From an uncultured Spirochaetota bacterium (lineage in GTDB: Bacteria; Spirochaetota; Brevinematia; Brevinematales; JAOACQ01): a stretch of 64,000 nt of DNA. A program made the translations under genes and the position numbers. Below, one piece after another: positions 38,741 to 47,799 of the stretch. Within the stretch, counting starts at the first letter, position 1. Every line of letters starts with the position of its first letter. The notes under the pieces were generated by a model. The model was given only the letters and a program-made list of their open reading frames with translations. It was not told the DNA's origin and ran no database searches. Where the stretch lies: contig CAWIGG010000004.1 of assembly GCA_963835575.1 (NCBI GenBank), forward strand, positions 480,001-544,000. The letters run 5' to 3'.

Positions 38741-40039
38741 TTATACTTTTGCAAGGGCCTGGTCCAGGTCGGCTATGATATTATCGATATTTTCAAGACC
38801 GATGGAAAGCCTCACCAGGTCCGGGGTCAATCCGCCCTCTTTCTGCTGTTCTTCTGTAAGCTGTGAATGCGATGTGCTGGCCGGATGCAGGGCTAAAGAT
38901 TTCGCGTCGCCGACATTCGCCAGATGCGAAAAGAGGTTCAGGCTGTTGATAAATTTCTCGCCTGCCGCTTTTCCGCCTTTTACTCCGAACACGACCATTC
39001 CGCCGAAGCCTTTTTTCAGATACTTCGAGGCGACAGGGTATGTCGGGTCGTCCTTCAGGCCGGGGTATCTGACCCATGCCGCTTTCGGGTGCTTCTTCAA
39101 ATGTTCAGCGACTGCGAGAGCGTTTTCGCTGTGCCTGGGCATTCTGAGATGAAGGGTTTCCGTGCCCTGCAGGAAAAACCAGGCGTTATCGGGCGCGAGG
39201 CATGCGCCCAAATTCCTGAGAGGGACTGTCCTGAACCGGAGCGCGTAGGGTATCTTCTTTAATTCAGGCGGAAGATCGGTCGCCCAGTGAAGTCCATGGT
39301 AATTCTTGTCCGGCTGAGTAAAAAGTGTGAATTTGGGGTCATTCCAGTCAAAATTGCCGGCGTCGGTTATAATGCCGCCGATGGCCGTGCCATGCCCTCC
39401 GATCCATTTGGTCAGCGAATTGACGACGATGTCCGCCCCATACTCGATCGTCCTGAGCAGGTAGGGCGTTGTGAAAGTGGCATCCACGATCAGCGGAAGG
39501 TGGTGCTTTCTGGCGATTTTTGAAACCGCCTCAATATCGGTAAAATCAAGGACCGGGTTGCCGATGGTCTCAATAAAGATAGCCCTTGTTTTTTCGTTGA
39601 TCACCTTTTCAAAACTGGCCGGGTTCTTATGATCGGCAAATTTTACATTAATTCCCAGGTCGGGGAGAATAGCGTCGAACATGGTATAAGTGCCGCCGTA
39701 AAGGTTTGACGCGGACACGATCTCGTCTCCGGCCTTCGCCAGCGTTATGATCGCGTAAAATACGGCGCTTGTGCCGGATGATACGGCGACTGAAGCGGCC
39801 CCGCCCTCAAGAGCGGTGATCCTCTGTTCGAGCACATCGTTGGTAGGGTTATTCATCCTTGTGTAAATATAGCCTAATTCCTTTAAGGCGAAAAGATTGG
39901 CCGCCCTTTCCGCGCTCGGGAACACGAAAGAGCTTGTCCGGTAGATTGGTACGGCCCTTGACGTCGTCTCGTCGATTTTCTGCCCCGCATGCAGGGCCAG
40001 TGTTTCGAATCCTGCTTTTTCCAGATTAATATCAGACAT
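38741..40039 (-). CDS. metY: O-acetylhomoserine/O-acetylserine sulfhydrylase (MetY)
   Basis: FETLALHAGQ, YIYTRMNNPT, YGGT, SLTKWIGGHG (PLP Lys), HLANVGDAKSLALHPASTSHSQL. Confidence 0.92.
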   Translation of the reverse strand: MSDINLEKAGFETLALHAGQKIDETTSRAVPIYRTSSFVFPSAERAANLFALKELGYIYTRMNNPTNDVLEQRITALEGGAASVAVSSGTSAVFYAIITLAKAGDEIVSASNLYGGTYTMFDAILPDLGINVKFADHKNPASFEKVINEKTRAIFIETIGNPVLDFTDIEAVSKIARKHHLPLIVDATFTTPYLLRTIEYGADIVVNSLTKWIGGHGTAIGGIITDAGNFDWNDPKFTLFTQPDKNYHGLHWATDLPPELKKIPYALRFRTVPLRNLGACLAPDNAWFFLQGTETLHLRMPRHSENALAVAEHLKKHPKAAWVRYPGLKDDPTYPVASKYLKKGFGGMVVFGVKGGKAAGEKFINSLNLFSHLANVGDAKSLALHPASTSHSQLTEEQQKEGGLTPDLVRLSIGLENIDNIIADLDQALAKV

Positions 40040-40053
40040 TTTTTTCCTCCTGT

Positions 40054-40977
40054 TTATTCTTCAAAGAGCCATGTGCTGAGATATCTTTCGCCCGTGTCAG
40101 GGGCTAAAGTGATTATTGTTTTACCTTTGTTCTCCGGCCTTTTTGCGACTTCCATGGCAGCCCAGACGTTGGCGCCCGCCGAAATCCCGACAAGTATACC
40201 TTCTATTTTCGCCAGCGTTCTTGAGACGGCGCCCGCGTCCTCATGCTTGACCTGAATGACCTCGTCGATTATTTTCCTATTGAGCACATCCGGTACGAAA
40301 TTCGGGCCGATTCCCTGGATCTTATGCGGCCCGGCCTTTCCGCCTGATAATATGGGCGAATCGACAGGCTCGACGGCTATGGCTTTAAAATCCGGGTTCC
40401 TTGATTTTATGACTTCGCTGATCCCGGTAAATGAGCCGCCTGTCCCGATCCCCGCTATGAGAAAATCCGCTTTTCCTTTTGTGTCCTTCCAGATCTCTTC
40501 CGCCGTTGTTTTTCTGTGAATCTCGGGATTGGCGGGATTTTTAAACTGCTGGGGAAGAAAAGAAGAGGGGAATTGTTTTGCCAGTTCCTCCGCCTTTTCC
40601 ACGGCCCCGGCCATTCCTTTAGCGCCTTCTGTCAGGACAAGCTCCGCGCCGAATATTTTTAAAAGTTTTCTTCTTTCCACGCTGAACGTGTCCGGCATGG
40701 TCAATATCAGCCTGTAGCCTTTTGAGGCGCAGACAAAGGCCAGGGCTATTCCCGTGTTGCCGCTCGTCGGTTCTATGATGACAGTGGATTCATTGATCAG
40801 GCCCTTTTTTTCGGCGTCTTCTATCATCGCCAGGCCTATGCGGTCCTTGATGCTGGAAAGCGGGTTAAAAAATTCCAGTTTCAATAATATTTCAGCCGGA
40901 AGACCTTTGCCTATTTTATTAAGTCTCAAAAGCGGCGTATTGCCGATAAGCTCGGTAATGCTGTTCGCTATGCGCAT
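40054..40977 (-). CDS. cysK: Cysteine synthase A
   Basis: [54 protein letters not shown]. Confidence 0.97.
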   Translation of the reverse strand: MRIANSITELIGNTPLLRLNKIGKGLPAEILLKLEFFNPLSSIKDRIGLAMIEDAEKKGLINESTVIIEPTSGNTGIALAFVCASKGYRLILTMPDTFSVERRKLLKIFGAELVLTEGAKGMAGAVEKAEELAKQFPSSFLPQQFKNPANPEIHRKTTAEEIWKDTKGKADFLIAGIGTGGSFTGISEVIKSRNPDFKAIAVEPVDSPILSGGKAGPHKIQGIGPNFVPDVLNRKIIDEVIQVKHEDAGAVSRTLAKIEGILVGISAGANVWAAMEVAKRPENKGKTIITLAPDTGERYLSTWLFEE

Positions 40978-40989
40978 AAAAACCTCCTT

Positions 40990-41691
40990 TTATATCTGAA
41001 ATCCGTCTACAACGGGTATATTTCCTTTTTCGAAAATAAAAAGCCCGATCCCGATATATTCCCTGAATTTGAGATAATTGTTCCTTTCCTCTATCCAGGC
41101 GGGGTCGCCGCCCCGGTCTGAATAATAGATTTCCCACCAAGCCGGCTCATAATAAACCCGGTTATAAACATCTTTAAAGCCGGTCTTTTCCAATTCCCAG
41201 ATCAGGCTTTCCCGGGAAAGCACTTTAATTTTCCTGTTTGTCCAGATATTCCATATATCTTTAGGGACCATATTCCCCATAAAAACGACTTCTATCAGGA
41301 TCAATATCCCGTTTTTTTTCAGTACGCGGTATGCTTCAAGTATTCCCTTATCAAAAAACCCCCCTATCGCTCCCGAAGAATAGACAATATCAAAGCTTTC
41401 ATCCTGAAAGCTGAGATTCTCGCCGTTCCCTGTTTCAAAATGGAGGTTTTTAACGGATTTTTTTGAAGCCAGCTTAACCGCGGCCTCATTTATATCGACG
41501 CCGGTCATCTCGCAGCCGTATTTCTGTGCCAGGTATTCCTCTATCTCGCCTGTTCCGCAGCCAACACTGAGCACTTTGTCATATTTATGAATGGCGGCAT
41601 GCTTTTCCGATTCCAGCGTCAATTCAATCCCGGCCGGCGTAACGATCCTTTTACGGGGGATCCTGTCAATCAGTTTGTCTTTATCTGTCAT
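40990..41691 (-). CDS. Class I SAM-dependent methyltransferase
   Basis: VLSVGCGTG, TGVDIN, GNGENLSFQDESFDIV, RVLKKNG. Confidence 0.88.
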   Translation of the reverse strand: MTDKDKLIDRIPRKRIVTPAGIELTLESEKHAAIHKYDKVLSVGCGTGEIEEYLAQKYGCEMTGVDINEAAVKLASKKSVKNLHFETGNGENLSFQDESFDIVYSSGAIGGFFDKGILEAYRVLKKNGILILIEVVFMGNMVPKDIWNIWTNRKIKVLSRESLIWELEKTGFKDVYNRVYYEPAWWEIYYSDRGGDPAWIEERNNYLKFREYIGIGLFIFEKGNIPVVDGFQI

Positions 41692-41741
41692 TTATTCCGT
41701 CCTTTTTTATTAACGGTTATAAAAACCAATATTAATGCCTT

Positions 41742-42176
41742 CTATATTTCGTAATTCGCATTATTATTCAATATCCTCGACTCTTCCGCCAAGTCTGAGA
41801 GCGTCACCGAATCCAGCGTTGACCGCATGGAATCCGAAAGCTTCTGCCAGAATAAGGATGCCGCGCAAATACCAAGGCGTCCGCAGTTTTCCTTTTCATT
41901 GCAGGGCACTAAATCCAGCGAGCCTTCCAGCTTTTCCATAATCTCCCTCATCGTGATCTGTGCCGGGTTCCTGGCCAGGATATATCCGCCCTGCGCTCCG
42001 CGTTGGGAAAGCACAAGCCCGCCTGTTCGCAAGATCCGTATGATCTGTTCAAGATATTTCAGGGAAATATCCTGCGCTTTGGATATCTCGCTTAATTGAA
42101 TATAACCTTCATTGTACCGGATCGACAACTCCATTAATAATCTCACGCCGTATCGTGTTCTGGTGGAAATCTGCAT
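41742..42176 (-). CDS. Rrf2-family regulator (CymR/IscR-like)
   Basis: ISTRTRYG, ISLKYLEQI, SQRGAQGGY.L, C-x5-C-x5-C; heads the cysK operon. Alternative ATG at 42182. Confidence 0.9.
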   Translation of the reverse strand: MQISTRTRYGVRLLMELSIRYNEGYIQLSEISKAQDISLKYLEQIIRILRTGGLVLSQRGAQGGYILARNPAQITMREIMEKLEGSLDLVPCNEKENCGRLGICAASLFWQKLSDSMRSTLDSVTLSDLAEESRILNNNANYEI

Positions 42177-42192
42177 AACCATATCCTACTAT

Positions 42193-42243
42193 TCATACTA
42201 ACATAGTATGATATATAATAAGTTATTTTTTCACCGATGTCAA
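42193..42243 (-). promoter_or_regulatory. Promoter and palindromic operator for the Rrf2-cysK operon
   Basis: Minus-strand TTGACA (42243-42238), 17 bp, TATTAT; palindrome TCATACTA-ACA-TAGTATGA (42193-42211) just downstream. Confidence 0.6.
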
Positions 42244-42355
42244 TAGTTTTAAAAAAATAATTTACTAAACTTGTAATTTATTCCCGGCTTGACAATTGAA
42301 CATGTCTCCCTTACAATCTTTAAGATTGTTCATTTGTTCTTTGGAGGATTTTTGC

Positions 42356-44995
42356 ATGGGGATTGGTTTAGACAGCGCTTACAAACCTTCTGAATTTGAG
42401 GAGGAGATATACCGCGAGTGGCTTCAAAAGGGTTATTTTAAAAGCAGGGTAAATCCGGACAAAAAACCTTATACGATCGTCATTCCGCCTCCCAACGTCA
42501 CTGGCGTGCTCCACATGGGGCATATATTAAATAATACATTGCAGGATATCCTGATCCGGTATTACCGGATGAACGGATACGAGGCCTGCTGGATCCCGGG
42601 GACTGACCACGCGTCGATTGCGACGGAAGCGAAGGTTGTGAAATACCTGGCTGATAAAGGCATAGATAAGTTTAAAATAGGCAGGGAAAAATTCCTGGAA
42701 TACGCTTGGGAATGGAGGGAGAAATACGGCGGGATCATCATCAGCCAGCTCAAAATGATGGGCGCGAGCTGCGACTGGGACAGGGAACGTTTTACAATGG
42801 ACGGCGGTTATTATAAAGCGGTCATTCACAGTTTTGTTGAATTATATAAAAAAGGATATATTTATAAAGGGTTCAGGCTGGTCAACTGGTGCCCGGTTTC
42901 CAAATCGGCCATTTCCGACGAGGAAGTGTATTATAAGGAAGTTGAAGGCAAACTCTGGTACTTTAAATACCCGGTAAAAGGCGAAAAGGATTTTCTGGAA
43001 ATAGCCACGACAAGGCCCGAAACTATGCTCGGCGATACGGCCGTCGCGGTCAATCCCAAGGACAAGCGTTATAAAAAATATGTCGGAAAAACCGTCATTC
43101 TTCCCATTGTCGATAAGGAAATTCCCGTCATTGCTGATGAATATGTCGATATGGAATTCGCGACAGGCGTTGTCAAGATCACGCCGGCGCATGACCCGAA
43201 CAACTATATCATCGGAAATAAGCATAATCTTGAATTTATCAATATCATGAACGAGGATGCGACTCTGAACAATAATGTACCGGAGGATTACCGCGGCCTG
43301 GACCGTTTTGAGGCCAGGGAAGCGGTTGTGGAAAAAATGAAGGAGCTCAAGCTTCTATCTAAAATTGAGAATTATACTCATAAAGTCGGGTACAGCGAGC
43401 GCGGGCATGTACCGATAGAACCGTATTTGTCCGAACAGTGGTTTATGAAAATGGATGAACTTGTAAAACCGGCGATAAAAGCTGTTAAAGAAGAAAAGAT
43501 ACAGTTTTATCCCGACAGGTGGACAAAAACTTATTTCCACTGGCTTGAAAACATAAAAGACTGGTGCATATCCCGGCAGCTCTGGTGGGGACACCGCATA
43601 CCGGTTTATTACTGCGGCGACTGCGGCTATTATAACGCGTACGAAGAGGCGCCGGTTAAATGTAAAGAATGCGGCAGTAAAAAAATAAGGCAGGATGATG
43701 ATGTGCTGGACACATGGGCTTCCTCATGGCTGTGGCCCTTTGCCGTGCATAAATGGCCTGAAGTCGATGCCGACCTGAAGTATTATTACCCGACGGATAC
43801 ACTGGTGACGGCTCCGGAAATCATATTCTTCTGGGTCGCCCGGATGATCATCGCCGGTATGGAATTCCTGAATAAAATTCCCTTCAGCAAGGTTTATTTC
43901 ACAGGGATAGTCCGCGACGAACTGGGCCGCAAGATGTCGAAGTCCCTGGGCAATTCGCCCGATCCCCTTGATGTGATCAAGGAATACGGGGCTGACGCCC
44001 TCCGCTATACCATTACACGCCTCGCGCCCCTGGGCAATGATATTTTTTACACTAACGAAAACTGCGAGCTGGGAAGGAATTTCGGGAATAAGATCTGGAA
44101 CGCCTCTAAGTTCATATTTCAAAACATCAAAGACATCGGCATTAAAAAAATAAATGAAATAACCCTTGATAATTCTGACAAATGGGTCCTTTCGCGTTAT
44201 AATAAAACCATAAAAAAGGTCAGGCAGGAAATAGAGGACTTCCGTTTTAACGACGCGACGGTGAGCCTCTATGATTTTATCTGGGGCGAGTTCTGCGACT
44301 GGTATATTGAAGACTCAAAAGTGGGTTTATACAAGGGGGAAAAAGCGGTACAGGAAGCGAAAATCGCGGTACTTCTCCATATTCTGGAAGGCGGTTTAAA
44401 GCTCCTGCATCCTTTCATGCCTTTTATAACGGAAAAGATTTATCAAAATCTGCCTTCGCATGAAGAGACCATAGTAAGGGCAAGTTTCCCGGTGTATAAT
44501 CCGAAACATGTATTTGAAAAAGAAGAAGCCGGCAATGTGATGATCCAGGCCGTAATTACAGCGGTGAGGAATATCAGGGCCGAAAACAATATCAAACCCA
44601 ATGTTATGGTTAATACGGTCATAGTCATTAAGGATGAGGAAAGCGCCGGTCTGATAAAAAACCAGACAGAAGTGATAAAAAAGCTGGCGAAGATCGAAGA
44701 TATGAAGGTGACGCAATCGTATAAACAATCGGACAATGAAGTGGGAGGAAGCAGCAGGGACTTCGAGGTCTTTGTGTCTTTGGCCGGCATTGTTGATGTG
44801 GAAAAGGAAAGGGAAAGGCTGAACGGGGAACTGCAGAGAATGGAAGCTTCCATAAAATCGGTCCAGGGGAAGCTTGCTAATAAGGATTTTGTCGGGAAAG
44901 CGCCGGAAGCTATTGTTCAGAAAGAAAAGGAAAAACTCGCCTTTCTGGAAGGGGAAAGGGAAAAGATAAAAAAGAATTTAGAGGTTATTAAATAA
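42356..44995 (+). CDS. valS: Valine--tRNA ligase
   Basis: Reads on the + strand (ATGGGGATTGGTTTAGAC at 42356, GGAGG RBS), contrary to the track label. PPPNVTGVLHMGH, DWCISRQLWWGHRIP, KMSKS. Confidence 0.97.
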   Translation: MGIGLDSAYKPSEFEEEIYREWLQKGYFKSRVNPDKKPYTIVIPPPNVTGVLHMGHILNNTLQDILIRYYRMNGYEACWIPGTDHASIATEAKVVKYLADKGIDKFKIGREKFLEYAWEWREKYGGIIISQLKMMGASCDWDRERFTMDGGYYKAVIHSFVELYKKGYIYKGFRLVNWCPVSKSAISDEEVYYKEVEGKLWYFKYPVKGEKDFLEIATTRPETMLGDTAVAVNPKDKRYKKYVGKTVILPIVDKEIPVIADEYVDMEFATGVVKITPAHDPNNYIIGNKHNLEFINIMNEDATLNNNVPEDYRGLDRFEAREAVVEKMKELKLLSKIENYTHKVGYSERGHVPIEPYLSEQWFMKMDELVKPAIKAVKEEKIQFYPDRWTKTYFHWLENIKDWCISRQLWWGHRIPVYYCGDCGYYNAYEEAPVKCKECGSKKIRQDDDVLDTWASSWLWPFAVHKWPEVDADLKYYYPTDTLVTAPEIIFFWVARMIIAGMEFLNKIPFSKVYFTGIVRDELGRKMSKSLGNSPDPLDVIKEYGADALRYTITRLAPLGNDIFYTNENCELGRNFGNKIWNASKFIFQNIKDIGIKKINEITLDNSDKWVLSRYNKTIKKVRQEIEDFRFNDATVSLYDFIWGEFCDWYIEDSKVGLYKGEKAVQEAKIAVLLHILEGGLKLLHPFMPFITEKIYQNLPSHEETIVRASFPVYNPKHVFEKEEAGNVMIQAVITAVRNIRAENNIKPNVMVNTVIVIKDEESAGLIKNQTEVIKKLAKIEDMKVTQSYKQSDNEVGGSSRDFEVFVSLAGIVDVEKERERLNGELQRMEASIKSVQGKLANKDFVGKAPEAIVQKEKEKLAFLEGEREKIKKNLEVIK

Positions 44996-45064
44996 ACGGT
45001 TAAAGGATGGGGATATATATTTTTATAAAGAATTAATTATCCAGAGGGGGTATTCTGGAAAATT

Positions 45065-46210
45065 ATGTTTAATAAAGGAAAATTAGAAATTATCGATGTG
45101 AATTTCCTGAGAGATGGGACAATGCTTTCGGGCATCCTCTATGATGATGTCGGCAACATGCTCTGGCCGGCCAGAAAGCCGCTCTCTGGTAATTTCATAT
45201 TAAAATTGAAAGAAAAAGGCTTGAAGAATGTCTATTATACCCTTCCTATATTTAAAAATTTATTTAATAAAACGCCCATGTTTTCCGCTTCGACCCAGGA
45301 ATTCGCAAAAAATGCAATTGATGAAGTTGTTCATCAAATTAAATTCGGAAAGCTGAGGGATGTCAGGGTTGCCAGGGATTCAGTCGAAAAATTCCTTTCT
45401 GAAATTAAAACACATCCGGAAAACTTTCTGAACCTGATGGTCTTGAAGGACTACGATTCCTATACTTATTATCATTCGATTAATGTAGGGATCCTTTCCG
45501 TGTTTCTTACCAAAAAACTGGGATTTAATGATCTGTTTGCCCTGGATGTCGGGCTGGGCGGTTTTCTTCATGATATTGGAAAAGTGCAGGTGCCCAGTAA
45601 AATAGTCAATAAGAACGGAACACTGAACCCGGAAGAATTCATGTTCATGAAAAGACACCCGATTTTCGGATTTAATCTCATCAGGGACAATATGACGCTC
45701 AGTAATTATATTAAAAAAATTATTCTTTATCATCATGAAAAATGGGACGGTACAGGATATCCGCTTGGTCTGAAAGATGATTCCATCGGCAATTTTGCAG
45801 GCATTGTCGCAGTCAGCGACGTTTATGACGCTTTGACCACGGAAAGGCCTTATAAAAAACCCTATTGTGTGAATGACGCCCTGCTCTATGTCATGCGGAA
45901 TACGCTGACGCATTTCAACCCCTATGTCTCGCAGAGGTTTGTGAATGAAATGGCCAGGATGTTTGATATTGGCTCTTTTTATCCGGTCGGAAGTTTTGTT
46001 TATCTCAATACAGGCGAAGTAGGATATATCATTGCAAAAGACGATGAATACACGATCAGGCCGCAGGTCATTATTTTAAAAAACTTTCAGGGACTTCCTT
46101 TAAGGAATCCAATAGAGGCGGATCTCAGGCGTGATACGACGAGGATCATATACAAAACAATCGATGATCCTGAAGAAATCGAAAAATTATCATTTTTAGT
46201 AAAGTATTAA
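45065..46210 (+). CDS. HD-GYP domain cyclic-dinucleotide phosphodiesterase
   Basis: YTYYHS.NV, LHDIGK, HHEKWDGTGYP, DVYDALTTERPYK. Confidence 0.92.
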   Translation: MFNKGKLEIIDVNFLRDGTMLSGILYDDVGNMLWPARKPLSGNFILKLKEKGLKNVYYTLPIFKNLFNKTPMFSASTQEFAKNAIDEVVHQIKFGKLRDVRVARDSVEKFLSEIKTHPENFLNLMVLKDYDSYTYYHSINVGILSVFLTKKLGFNDLFALDVGLGGFLHDIGKVQVPSKIVNKNGTLNPEEFMFMKRHPIFGFNLIRDNMTLSNYIKKIILYHHEKWDGTGYPLGLKDDSIGNFAGIVAVSDVYDALTTERPYKKPYCVNDALLYVMRNTLTHFNPYVSQRFVNEMARMFDIGSFYPVGSFVYLNTGEVGYIIAKDDEYTIRPQVIILKNFQGLPLRNPIEADLRRDTTRIIYKTIDDPEEIEKLSFLVKY

Positions 46211-46437
46211 AGGCAGTACCAAAACTTGTGGTGAGTTTATCGAACCAACCCTGGTTTTTGAAGCCATTGCTGTTGTGCTGAACTTGCAGCCGCTTCGTAT
46301 GCATGGTTCGACAGGCTTGGTTGGTGAGCTTGCCGAACAACACCACAAGCCGCATACTTAACGCGGCAGCGCCGTTTCTATTTACTTAAAGCTTTATATT
46401 ATAGGGCAGTTATAAAAACTGAGGTTTTTGTAACTGC
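46211..46437. repeat. REP-like composite palindrome cluster between convergent genes
   Basis: AGGCAGTACCAAAAC; GGTGAG(T/C)TT..CGAAC units; ACTTAAAGCTTTATATTA (shared with 23200-23217); GCAGTTATAAAAAC...GTTTTTGTAACTGC. Confidence 0.7.
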
Positions 46438-47799
46438 TTATTCTTTAATTTCCAGATCTTTATCAATATTCAGTTCTTTTATCTTACGGTGCAGGTATGT
46501 TCTTTCTATTTCCAATGATTCCGACGTTTTTGTGATATTATTATTCAGCTGTATCAGCCTGTTTATGATGAGCTTTTTTTCAAAATCATGTTTTGCTTCT
46601 TTCAGGCTCATTTTTTCATATTTTAAATCAATATTGCTTTCTTCGGGATAGAGAAGCTTGAGCACGTCTTCCGCCTCCACATTTTCCTTATTATTTAAAA
46701 TGATAAGCCTTTCAATGAAATTCCGGAGTTCCCTTACGTTGCCGGCCCAATTTCTATTCTCCAGGATATGAACCGCCGCTTTTGAAATCGTAATGTCCTT
46801 CCCCTTTTTTAAAGCCAGCTCGTCCACGAAAAAGAACACGAGGGATTCTATATCATCTTTTCTTTCACGCAGCGGGGGGATGAGTATAGGTATGACGTTC
46901 AGCCGGTAAAAAAGGTCCTGGCGGAATTTTCCGAGTTTTATTTCTTCGAATAGCTCTTTATTTGTCGCGGCGATAAGGCGGGCGTCAACCTTTACGTTGT
47001 CGTTCCCACCGACGCGCTGGATTTCCTTTTCCTGGATTGCTCTGAGAACTTTCGCCTGAGCGGAAAGGCTTAAATCGCCGATTTCATCTAAAAAGAGCGT
47101 GCCTCTGTGCGCCGCTTCAAACTTGCCCTTTTTCTGCTTAATGGCGCCGGTAAAAGCGCCCTTCTCATAGCCGAAAAGTTCGGACTCGATCAGCGTTTCA
47201 GGAATGGCGGCGCAGTTCACTCCGATAAACGGGAAATTTTTTCTGATGCTCAGGCTGTGGATCATCCGCGCGATCACTTCTTTTCCAGTGCCGTTTTCAC
47301 CGGCAATAAGGACTGAGGCGTCGCTTTGAGCGATCTGCGGAAGTTTATCAAGAATATCCTGTATGATCCTGCTCGATCCGACAAACTGTACCGGCTCTAT
47401 TTTAGATTTGAGATTGAGGTTCTCCATCTGGAGCTCTTTAAATTTGACGGCGTTCCGGATCGAATTCAATATTCTTTCTATTGAGAGAGGTTTTTCAATA
47501 AAATCATAGGCGCCTTTTTTCATGGCTTCAACGGCCATTTTAATATCGCCATGTCCGGAAATGATCACCGCCGGGATAAGAGGAAATTCATTGTGTATAT
47601 AGTCGAGGACATCCATACCGCCCTTTTTCGGGAGCATGACATCCAGAATGACGGCGTCGATATCTTCCAGAAGTATTTTTTTTATGGCGTCTTCGCCGTC
47701 TTCCGAGCATATAGTATCGTACTCTTCGTCCATCAGAATGTCTGAGATCGTCTCGCGGATTTTTTCTTCATCATCAACAACCAGTATTTTATACTTCAT
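46438..47799 (-). CDS. Sigma54-dependent response regulator (NtrX/NtrC-like)
   Basis: REC domain, GENGTGKE, ESELFGYEKGAFTGA, LFLDEIG, FRQDLFYRL, GNVREL, Fis HTH. Confidence 0.92.
   Translation of the reverse strand: MKYKILVVDDEEKIRETISDILMDEEYDTICSEDGEDAIKKILLEDIDAVILDVMLPKKGGMDVLDYIHNEFPLIPAVIISGHGDIKMAVEAMKKGAYDFIEKPLSIERILNSIRNAVKFKELQMENLNLKSKIEPVQFVGSSRIIQDILDKLPQIAQSDASVLIAGENGTGKEVIARMIHSLSIRKNFPFIGVNCAAIPETLIESELFGYEKGAFTGAIKQKKGKFEAAHRGTLFLDEIGDLSLSAQAKVLRAIQEKEIQRVGGNDNVKVDARLIAATNKELFEEIKLGKFRQDLFYRLNVIPILIPPLRERKDDIESLVFFFVDELALKKGKDITISKAAVHILENRNWAGNVRELRNFIERLIILNNKENVEAEDVLKLLYPEESNIDLKYEKMSLKEAKHDFEKKLIINRLIQLNNNITKTSESLEIERTYLHRKIKELNIDKDLEIKE

Noticed and set aside
42296..44995. 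ORF track gives valS on the minus strand
   Set aside because: The listed protein is encoded by the + strand (ATGGGGATTGGT at 42356, TAA ending 44995), so the strand label is wrong.
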